DNA from: Candidatus Omnitrophota bacterium
Lineage (GTDB): Bacteria; Ratteibacteria; UBA8468; B48-G9; JAFGKM01
DNA: 37,882 nucleotides
Direction of reading: 5' to 3'
Assembly (NCBI GenBank): GCA_023818745.1
Contig: JAMWBY010000002.1
Span: 1 to 37,882, forward strand
Within the stretch, counting starts at the first letter, position 1. Every line of letters starts with the position of its first letter. The notes under the pieces were generated by a model, which had not been told where the DNA came from, ran no database searches, and saw only the letters and a list, made by a program, of their open reading frames with translations. Positions 25,815-33,900 of the stretch are shown here, piece by piece. A program made the translations under genes and the position numbers.

Positions 25815-26325
25815 AACATATTATCTCTTCAAGTTTTTTCCTATTCTTTGTCTCTTTAAACACATTAGGGTCTTTGGGATACCCCAGAGGAGTTAAAGCA
25901 ACAACATTTACATCTTCTGGAATATTAAGAAATTTTTTTATCCCCTCATTATCAAATGAACCTATCCAGCAAGTTCCAAGACCTTCTGCTCTTGCAGAAA
26001 GAGTAAGATGGTCAACTGCAATTGCGACATCTACAATCATACTATAATCACCCATCCATTTGCCTCTATTGTAATGAATATTCTTTCCACAAGCAACAAT
26101 TAAAACAGGTGCCTGGGCAACAAACTCTTGTCCTTCACATAATTCCACCATTTTCTTTTTTCTCTCTGTATCCTTAATAAGTATAAATTTCCATGGCTGT
26201 CTATTACTTCCACTTGGTGCAATTCTCGCTGAATCTAAAACTTTCTTTAAAACTTCCTCTGGAATTTGGTCTTTTTTATATTCCCTTACGCTTCTTCTTG
26301 TCCTGATTACTTCATAGAAATCCAT
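25798..26325 (-). CDS. Nitroreductase-family oxidoreductase
   Basis: MDFYEVIRTRRSVREYK...APSGSNRQPW are classic nitroreductase N-terminal motifs. 175 aa. Confidence 0.88.
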   Translation of the reverse strand: MDFYEVIRTRRSVREYKKDQIPEEVLKKVLDSARIAPSGSNRQPWKFILIKDTERKKKMVELCEGQEFVAQAPVLIVACGKNIHYNRGKWMGDYSMIVDVAIAVDHLTLSARAEGLGTCWIGSFDNEGIKKFLNIPEDVNVVALTPLGYPKDPNVFKETKNRKKLEEIICYETWK

Positions 26326-26334
26326 ATTTGCCTC

Positions 26335-26652
26335 CTATTTAATGCTCACAGCTCCTGTTTTAGGGTCATACACAAAATTCATTCCTTTTGGTGGGGTTGG
26401 TAATTTTTCTATATATCCTTTTTCAACAAGTTCTTCAAGTGAATTTGGATTTCTTCCTTCTTGAATTTGAAAAGTAACTATTTTATTTTTTAGATATAAA
26501 ACTTCATCCATCCCTTCTGCTTTTTTCTTTGCTCTATCAATGGTTTCAAAATATTTCTTTGGTGCATTTAAAGGGGTTAACTCTTCTTTTTTCTCTTTGC
26601 TACACCCAAAAAAAATCAAAAGACAAAAGAATAAACCTAAAAATTTATTCAT
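26335..26652 (-). CDS. Small probable lipoprotein of unknown function
   Basis: The signal peptide ends in a relaxed lipobox (LLIFFGC-SKE). The C-terminus (GRNPNSLEELVEKGYIEKLPTPPKGMNFVYDPKTG) resembles the soluble part of type II secretion pseudopilins, but there is no prepilin leader. Confidence 0.5.
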   Translation of the reverse strand: MNKFLGLFFCLLIFFGCSKEKKEELTPLNAPKKYFETIDRAKKKAEGMDEVLYLKNKIVTFQIQEGRNPNSLEELVEKGYIEKLPTPPKGMNFVYDPKTGAVSIK

Positions 26653-26661
26653 TTACCCTTT

Positions 26662-27990
26662 TTACAAAATGGGAAGATATTTTTCTATTTCATACTCATG
26701 GACTCTTTTTCTATATTCATCCCATTCAATTTTTTTTGCAGTAATTAAATTTGTATATATATGCTCTCCCAGTATCTCTCTCAAAAGTTTACTTTTTTCT
26801 GCTATTTCTATCGCTTCTATTAAACTTCCTGGTAAAACATCAAGTTTTAATTTTTTTCTATCTTCTTCTGTTAAATGGTAAACATCCATTTCAAGCGGTT
26901 TAGGTAATTTATAATTTTCTTCAATACCTTTAATTCCTGCCCTAACCATACACGCGAAAGCAAGATAAGGATTACATGCAGGGTCAGGTGAACGAAATTC
27001 TATTCTTGTTGATTGTTCTTTGCCGGGTCTATACATTGGAACTCTTATTAAAGTACTTCTATTTCTTCTTGCCCAGCATATATAAACAGGTGCTTCATAT
27101 CCAGGAACAAGTCGCTTATATGAATTTACCCATTGATTGCATATAAAAGTTATTTCTTTTGAATGTTTTAAAAGACCTGCAATATATTTCTTTGCAATAT
27201 CACTTAAATAATATTCATCATTGGCATCAAAAAAAGCATTTTTTTCTCCGAGAAATAATGATTGATGAGTATGCATTCCACTTCCATTTACTCCATATAT
27301 CGGCTTTGGCATAAATGTCAAATATACTCCATGTTGAACCGCAATTTCTTTTGCTATCATTCTATAAAACATAACTATATCTGCCATTGTTAAAGCATCT
27401 GTATATCTTAAATCAATCTCATGCTGACTTGGGGCTACTTCATGATGAGAATACTCAACTTTAATCCCCATTTCTTCAAGTGTTAAAATTATTTCTCTTC
27501 TTACTTCATTCCCAGCATCAAGTGTTGTTACATCAAAATATCCACCTTCATCAAGTATTTCTGTTGTCTTATCATTCTTAAATATAAAAAATTCAAGTTC
27601 AGGACCCACATAAAATGTGAACCCTTTTTCTTTTAAATATTCCAGATTTTTTTTCAAAATATATCTAGAATCTCCTTCATATGGTGTTCTATCTGGATTT
27701 AAAATATCACATATCATCGCCGCTTCTTTATTTTCTTTTATATAGGGTAGAATAACGAATGTAGATGGATCGGGTAAAGCAACCATATCTGATTCATCAA
27801 TCCTTGCAAACCCTTTTATTGAAGAACCATCAAAACCCATACCATCCTCAAGTGCTCTTTCAAGTTCATCAACAGCGATTGAAAAACCTTTCATCTGTCC
27901 TGTTATATCTGAAAAAAACAATCTTATAAACTTTACCTCTTTTTCTTTGCAAGTTTTTAAAATATCCTCTTTTTTGAAATCTTTGTTCAT
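26662..27990 (-). CDS. glnA: Glutamine synthetase, type I
   Basis: 442 aa with FSDITGQMKGF, GFDGSSI, GPELEFF, NGSGMHTHQS and RVP...R.E.RSPD motifs. Confidence 0.96.
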   Translation of the reverse strand: MNKDFKKEDILKTCKEKEVKFIRLFFSDITGQMKGFSIAVDELERALEDGMGFDGSSIKGFARIDESDMVALPDPSTFVILPYIKENKEAAMICDILNPDRTPYEGDSRYILKKNLEYLKEKGFTFYVGPELEFFIFKNDKTTEILDEGGYFDVTTLDAGNEVRREIILTLEEMGIKVEYSHHEVAPSQHEIDLRYTDALTMADIVMFYRMIAKEIAVQHGVYLTFMPKPIYGVNGSGMHTHQSLFLGEKNAFFDANDEYYLSDIAKKYIAGLLKHSKEITFICNQWVNSYKRLVPGYEAPVYICWARRNRSTLIRVPMYRPGKEQSTRIEFRSPDPACNPYLAFACMVRAGIKGIEENYKLPKPLEMDVYHLTEEDRKKLKLDVLPGSLIEAIEIAEKSKLLREILGEHIYTNLITAKKIEWDEYRKRVHEYEIEKYLPIL

Positions 27991-28085
27991 TTTTTTTCTC
28001 CTTTTTTATAATTTTACCACTTTTAAAAAAAATTGCTATCTTTTAATTTTAATGATATCTTATTTTAAAAATACAAAGGTAAAAA

Positions 28086-28715
28086 ATGGGTTTGTGGACG
28101 CTTATAATGAAGGGTGGGTATATAATGATACCCATCCTTATATGTGGAATCCTCACATTGGCAATAATTATTGAAAGATTGATTTATACAAAAAACGCTC
28201 AAATTGATAGTGAAAAATTTATAAAAGAGATAGAAGAACTTTTAAAAAAAAGAAAAATAAAAGATGCTATTGAAAAATGTGATAAACATAATAAGCCAGT
28301 TCCCAATATAATAAAATCAGGTCTTGTAAAACTTGATAGAACAAGAGATGAAATAAAAGAAACAATAAATGATACAGCAAATCATCAAATTCCAGAACTT
28401 GAAAAGTATCTTGGAATTCTTGCAACAATAGCAACAGTTGCTCCACTTTTAGGACTTCTCGGAACAGTTACTGGAATGATAAAAGCATTTATGGTAATAG
28501 AAATGAAAGAGGGGCTTGTTCATCCAGGAGAACTTGCAAGAGGAATATGGGAAGCCCTTGTAACTACTGTTGGAGGGCTTGTAGTAGCAATTCCTGCTTA
28601 CCTTGCTTACAATTATTTTGTTACTCGTGTAAATAATTTTATACTTGATATGGAAAAAAGCGCAACAAGATTAATAGATATTATTTTTCTTATAAAAAGT
28701 GAAGATGAAGAATAG
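28086..28715 (+). CDS. MotA/TolQ/ExbB-family proton channel subunit
   Basis: The N-terminus (GGYIMIPILICGILTLAIIIERL) and the conserved C-terminal TM pair (APLLGLLGTVTGMIKAF....IWEALVTTVGGLVVAIPAYLAYNYF) fit the family. Confidence 0.85.
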   Translation: MGLWTLIMKGGYIMIPILICGILTLAIIIERLIYTKNAQIDSEKFIKEIEELLKKRKIKDAIEKCDKHNKPVPNIIKSGLVKLDRTRDEIKETINDTANHQIPELEKYLGILATIATVAPLLGLLGTVTGMIKAFMVIEMKEGLVHPGELARGIWEALVTTVGGLVVAIPAYLAYNYFVTRVNNFILDMEKSATRLIDIIFLIKSEDEE

Positions 28716-28763
28716 TTTAAAAAGGGAAAAATGTGAAAACTTTTGCCAGATAAAAAATTTCTC

Positions 28764-28792
28764 TTGACAAATTTTAAAATATATTGTAAATT
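28764..28792 (+). promoter_or_regulatory. Sigma-70-type promoter for hup (TTGACA, 17-nt spacer, TAAATT)
   Basis: TTGACA at 28764-28769, a 17-nt spacer, TAAATT at 28787-28792. An AAGGAGGTG RBS follows just upstream of the ATG at 28826. Confidence 0.55.
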
Positions 28793-28825
28793 CAATAAAA
28801 AACGAAAGAAAGGAGGTGAGAAAGT

Positions 28826-29095
28826 ATGAATAAAGCAGATTTAATTGAAGCAGTAGCTAAAGTTGTTTCCACAAAAAAAGAAGCAGCCGCAGCAGTTGAT
28901 GCAGTTTTAGACGCAATAAAAGGTGCTCTCAAAAAGGGAGATACAGTTACATTGGTTGGATTTGGAACATTTAAGGTTGCTGAAAGAAAAGCCAGAAAAG
29001 GAAGAAATCCTCGCACAGGCGAAGAAATAAAGATACCAAAGAAGAAAGTTCCGGTATTCAGAGCAGGCAGTGAATTGAAAAAAGCCGTTAAATGA
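28826..29095 (+). CDS. hup: Histone-like DNA-binding protein HU
   Basis: MNKADLIEAVA...GFGTFKVAERKARKGRNPRTGEEIKIPKKKVPVFRAG is a canonical HU/IHF fold sequence. Confidence 0.95.
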   Translation: MNKADLIEAVAKVVSTKKEAAAAVDAVLDAIKGALKKGDTVTLVGFGTFKVAERKARKGRNPRTGEEIKIPKKKVPVFRAGSELKKAVK

Positions 29096-29110
29096 TTTTG
29101 AATTTATAAA

Positions 29111-29145
29111 GGCGGGCCCTTTTATATGGTCCGCCTTTATATTTT
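29111..29145 (+). terminator. Rho-independent terminator after hup
   Basis: GGCGGGCC (29111-29118) pairs with GGTCCGCC (29128-29135), with one G:U pair and a 9-nt loop. A T-rich tract (TTTATATTTT) follows. This is the only GC-rich hairpin of its kind that I saw in the window. Confidence 0.6.
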
Positions 29146-29151
29146 AAATAA

Positions 29152-30036
29152 ATGAAAAAGTTGTTTGTATTTTTCTGTTGTATTTCTTTTGTTTTTTGTG
29201 AAATTAATGTTCTTTTTACACCTAACAAAAAAACTTATGATGAATTTATAAATCTTTTACAAAGTGCAAAAAAATCAATCTATATTTCAACTTTTTCAAT
29301 TAGTTCTGATTTCCTTAATTTTCTGAAAAACAAAAATATTGATTTAAAAATCATTTGCGAATATGGAAATTTACCGGATTTTAAAATTAAAAAAATTGAA
29401 AGCAAAAATTTATTTCATGCAAAATTTATAATAGTTGATGAAAATATAGTTATAATAACCTCTGCAAATTTAACAAAAAGCAATTTCTATAAAAACCATA
29501 ATAATTTAGTCATAATAAATGACAAAAATATTGCTAAATACTTCTTAAAAAAATTTGACTCATATTGGAATAATTACAGATATACAGAAACATTTAAAAA
29601 CAGAAATATTGAAATATGGTTTTCTCCTGAAAATGATTGTGAGGATTTGATATTAAGGGAATTAAAAAATTCAAAATCGTCAATCAATTTTGCAACATAT
29701 ACATTTTCAAATAAAAAAATTGCTGACTATCTTGTAGAAAAAAGAAAGGAGAAAATTAAAATTTTAGGCATACTTGAGAGTTACAATATTTATCATTCAG
29801 TTTTTCCATATCTTACATCTTTTGGATGTGAAGTGAGAAAAAGCTGTATGGCTGGGCTTCTCCACGATAAATTTTTTATAATTGATGGGAAAAAAGTAAT
29901 AACTGGTTCCTTCAATCCAACAAAACAGGCAAAAGAAAATTTTGAACTTGTCTGTCTTATTGAAAATAAAAAAATAGCAGAAATTTTTTATAACGAATGG
30001 GAAAAATTATATCTTTTCAAATCAATAAAAAATTGA
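29152..30036 (+). CDS. Secreted phospholipase D / Nuc-like protein with two HKD motifs
   Basis: Signal peptide (MKKLFVFFCCISFVFC) and two HxK(x)4D(x)6G/S..N motifs: HAKFIIVDENIVIITSANLT and HDKFFIIDGKKVITGSFNPT. Confidence 0.8.
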   Translation: MKKLFVFFCCISFVFCEINVLFTPNKKTYDEFINLLQSAKKSIYISTFSISSDFLNFLKNKNIDLKIICEYGNLPDFKIKKIESKNLFHAKFIIVDENIVIITSANLTKSNFYKNHNNLVIINDKNIAKYFLKKFDSYWNNYRYTETFKNRNIEIWFSPENDCEDLILRELKNSKSSINFATYTFSNKKIADYLVEKRKEKIKILGILESYNIYHSVFPYLTSFGCEVRKSCMAGLLHDKFFIIDGKKVITGSFNPTKQAKENFELVCLIENKKIAEIFYNEWEKLYLFKSIKN

Positions 30037-30096
30037 AATCTTATTTTATGTGGTATAAATTTATTTTTTAATTATTAAATTCTAAAAGGGGGCGTT

Positions 30097-30444
30097 ATGA
30101 TAAAAAGAAAAAATGAAATGGAGATAGAAGAAAGAGAAAAAATGAGAAATGGCCAAGGAGTAATAAAAATTTTACATTATTTTAAAAAAGATGAATTTAA
30201 AGCAAATGTGAGATTATGTGCAAAATTAACTATTCCTTCAGGATGTTCAATTGGCCTACATGAGCATCTGGATGAAGATGAAGTTTTTATAATATTAAAG
30301 GGAAGAGGCATTTTATTTGATGGTAATAATGAAAGCGTTGTTGAAGAAGGAGATGCTATTTTGACTGGAAACGGGCAATCTCACTCAGTAAAAAACATTA
30401 CAAAAGAAGACCTTGAAATCATCGCTTTTATTGCGAAATATTAA
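30097..30444 (+). CDS. Cupin-domain protein
   Basis: 115 aa. G.H.H....E motif (GLHEHLDEDEVFIIL.G) and a second motif (GDAILTGNGQSHSVKN) typical of small monocupins. Confidence 0.7.
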   Translation: MIKRKNEMEIEEREKMRNGQGVIKILHYFKKDEFKANVRLCAKLTIPSGCSIGLHEHLDEDEVFIILKGRGILFDGNNESVVEEGDAILTGNGQSHSVKNITKEDLEIIAFIAKY

Positions 30445-30773
30445 AACTTCAAAAAATATTAGCCAAGTCAACTTCGCCACTTTAATCTCAAAAATTCTCT
30501 ACTTTCAATTGGTCTGGAAGGTCTTTCTTATTCTGTAAAAAGAAGCAAGTTTTTCTTTATAGCAAAACAAGATTTGAAAAGAATTATACTTTTACTGGAA
30601 AAATTAAGATGAGAAATGATAGAAAAATCCATTATAGAGAGGTAAAATTCTGGCTGGATAAAAATTAACATAAGACACAAAAGGGAAACAAAATATATAA
30701 AAAATATTCCCTTCCCGAACTTTGGCAAAAACCAGTATCTTTAAATCCTCTCAATTTTAGTAACTAATTTTAC

Positions 30774-30802
30774 TTGACAAAAGTTTTACAAATTGGTATT
30801 TT
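30774..30802 (+). promoter_or_regulatory. Sigma-70-type promoter for tRNA-Phe, possibly also secA (TTGACA, 17-nt spacer, TATTTT)
   Basis: TTGACA at 30774-30779, a 17-nt spacer, TATTTT at 30797-30802. The tRNA starts at 30815. Confidence 0.45.
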
Positions 30803-30814
30803 ATTTTTGTTGAT

Positions 30815-30886
30815 GCCGGGGTAGCTCAGTGGTAGAGCGCAGCCCTGAAAAGGCTGGCGTGGGCAGTTCGATTCTGCCCCCCGGCA
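30815..30886 (+). tRNA. tRNA-Phe (anticodon GAA)
   Basis: GCCGGGG-TA-GCTC-AGTGGTA-GAGC-G-CAGCC-CTGAAAA-GGCTG-GCGTG-GGCAG-TTCGATT-CTGCC-CCCCGGC-A. All stems are Watson-Crick. No CCA is encoded. Confidence 0.92.
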
Positions 30887-30929
30887 ATAGAAAAATTGAC
30901 ATATCCATCCGTAAAGGAAAGGTAAAACA

Positions 30930-33900
30930 ATGGACTATTACAAGGATTTGCTTACAAAATTAAAACTTTTAAATCCTGGGACAAAAAATATTTTAAGTAA
31001 TATTTTAAATAGAGAGAAGGTCTTTTTTCTTAGCAATTTAATTGAATTATTAAAGAAGATAAATGAAAAAGAAGATGAGGTTAAAAATCTTTCAAGAGAC
31101 CAAATGCTTAAAAAAGTAGAAGAAATAAGAACCCTTGTTTCTGAAGGAGAACCATTGGATAATTTCCTTGTTGACATATTTGCTCTTGTAAGAGAGGCAG
31201 CAAAAAGAACTTTAAACATGAGGCATTTTGATGTCCAGATAATAGGAGGCATTGTTTTACATTCAGGCAAAATAGCGGAAATGGCTACAGGAGAAGGGAA
31301 AACGCTTGTTGCAACTTGTCCTTTGTTTTTAAATGCAATGAAAGGAGAAGGTTGCCATCTTGTAACTGTTAATGATTACCTTGCAAAAAGGGATACACAA
31401 TGGATGGGCCCTATATATCATTATTTAGGTCTTTCTGTTGGCTGTATTGTTTCTTATAAGGAAACAAAAGATAGATATACTTCAATTGCTTATAAATTTG
31501 ACCCTTCATATCTACCCCCTGATTCAAGATTTTTATATTTAAGACCTGTAAGTAGAAAAGAAGCATATCTATGTGATATTACGTATGGAACAGGAAGTGA
31601 ATTTGGGTTTGACTATTTAAGAGATAATATGGCTGTAAGAATCCAAGACCAAGTTCAGAGAAAATTAAATTATGCAATTATAGACGAAGTGGATTCTATT
31701 TTAATAGATGAGGCAAGAACACCTTTGATAATTTCAGGCCCGAGTGAGGAAAGCCCTTCTTTATATTACGAGGTAGACCGTCTTGTAAGAAAACTTGTTA
31801 GAGATAAGGACTTTATTGTAGATGAAGAAAACCAGACAGCGACATTAACAGAAGAAGGGATTAAAAAATGTGAAAAACTCTTAAATATTGGCAATCTTTA
31901 TGATGGAACTCACACTGAACTTATACATCATATAAATCAATCTTTAAAAGCGCATTGTTTTTTCAAAAGAGATAAAGAATATGTTGTTAAAGATGGACAG
32001 GTAATAATAGTTGATGAATTTACAGGTAGGTTGATGCCTGGGAGAAGGTGGTCAGATGGACTTCATCAAGCAATAGAAGCAAAAGAAGGATTAAGAATAG
32101 AAAGCGAAAATCAGACACTAGCTACAATTACTTTTCAAAACTATTTTAAACTTTATAAAAAAATTGCTGGAATGACAGGAACTGCATTAACAGAGGCGCT
32201 TGAATTTAAAGAAATATACAAACTTGATGTGATTGTTATCCCAACAAATAAACCATTAAGAAGAACAGAATATGATGACGAAATTTATGTAACTGAAAAA
32301 GAAAAATTTAATGCCATTATAAAAGAAATAGAAGAACTTTACAATCTTGGCAGGCCTGTTCTTGTTGGAACAATTTCAATAGAAAAAGCAGAAAAATTAA
32401 GCAAAATGCTTGAAAGAAAAAACATTCCCCATAGGGTTTTACATGGGAAAAATCATGAAGCAGAGGCATCAATTATTGCACAGGCAGGGAAACCAAAAGC
32501 AGTAACAATAGCAACACAGATGGCGGGTAGAGGTGTTGATATTATTCTTGGAGGAAATCCAGAAATTATTGCAAGAGAAGAAACTGTAAAGGAATTGTGG
32601 AGGAGAAGGAGAGACAAAAAACATGTAAAAGCAGAATTTATTGATTTGGTTACGGAAATTGAAACAAAATATAAAAAGAGATTGGAAGAAATAGAAAAAA
32701 CATTTAGCCCTGACTTAAAAAATCTAAAAGAAAAAATTATAGAAAAAGAAAAAATTCTTTCACAGAAGGAAAAGGAAGCAAAAGATATCTTTGAAAAAGA
32801 GGTATTTGAAAAAAACTCTTCTGGTCAATTCCGAAGATATGAGGCCAAATATTTAAAATTAAAAACAATATATGAAACAAATAATTTAAAACTGCAAGAG
32901 ATGTCTATCCAGTTTAAAGACAAGCCGGAAAAATTAAAAGAAATAAAGGAAATTACAGGAAAAAGTTATAGAGATTTTTTAAATTTTAAAAAACAAATAA
33001 AAAATATTTTTGGGATAACAACAAGAGAAGAGATAGAAGAAAATAGAAGTTTATTGCTTGAATTTCTGGAAAAAGAGAAAGAAGAAAAAAGATTTCTTTC
33101 TTTGCTTGACATACTAAAAAATTCAATAATTTCATATGTAAAAATCCTTGAAAACACCTATTCAGATGTGCTTTCTAAAGAAAATTTAGAAAAAGAGAAG
33201 AAGAAAATATTAAGATATATTGATTTTATAGAAGAAGTTGCCCATCAAGTTTCAGAGGAAAAAGATATTGAAAAAATCATTTCAGAATGTAAAAATAGAG
33301 AACCCCAATTATACAAAATGCTTGAAGATTCTTTCACTGTAATTGAAAAGGAAATCTTTGAGAAAAATTCTCCTTTGTATCTGGAGGTTGAAAAGGATTA
33401 CGAAAAACTTATAAGGGAATATGAAAGAGTTCAGAAAAAATATACAGATGAATTAACACTCGCAAGAGAAGAATATGAAAAAGAAAGGGGTCAATTTGAA
33501 GAAGAATGGGGGAAAATAAAAGAAGAAATAGAAAAAAGCCCAGAAGAATTTAAAGAGATTTTTAATAATCTTCTTGAAAAATATAAAAAACCATGGGAAG
33601 AAGACAATAAAAAAGTTGTTGCTCTTGGTGGCTTACATATTATAGGAAGCGAAAGATATGAAGCGAGAAGAATTGATAATCAATTAAAAGGAAGAGCAGG
33701 AAGACAAGGAGACCCAGGGTCTTCTAAATTCTATCTTTCGCTTGAAGACGACCTTTTAAGAATTTTTGGTGGAGAAAAATTAAAAATGTTGATGAGCAAA
33801 TTACCAGAAGGAGAACCAATTGCACATCCTTTAATAACAAAAATGATAAATAATGCACAGAAAAAAGTGGAGGGCAGGAATTTTGAAATAAGAAAAAATC

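Noticed and set aside
30528-30728. 66-aa minus-strand ORF in the 370-nt gap between the cupin gene and tRNA-Phe.
   Set aside because: No RBS and no motif. The hydrophobic, low-complexity sequence is of the kind expected by chance in AT-rich DNA. A small membrane protein cannot be excluded. The gap also showed no convincing structured-RNA or DnaA-box signal (best match GCTGGATAA, 7 of 9).
30896-30924. TTGACA hexamer between tRNA-Phe and secA, considered as a dedicated secA promoter.
   Set aside because: The hexamer 17 nt downstream is AAGGTA, a poor -10 element. A start there would leave almost no leader before the ATG at 30930. Co-transcription from the tRNA-Phe promoter seems more likely.
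32556-33626. SecA insertion considered as an intein or an inserted mobile ORF.
   Set aside because: There are no Cys/Ser/Thr splice-junction residues or HN motif, and no homing-endonuclease or transposase motifs. The composition matches a coiled-coil extension and is in frame with both flanks.
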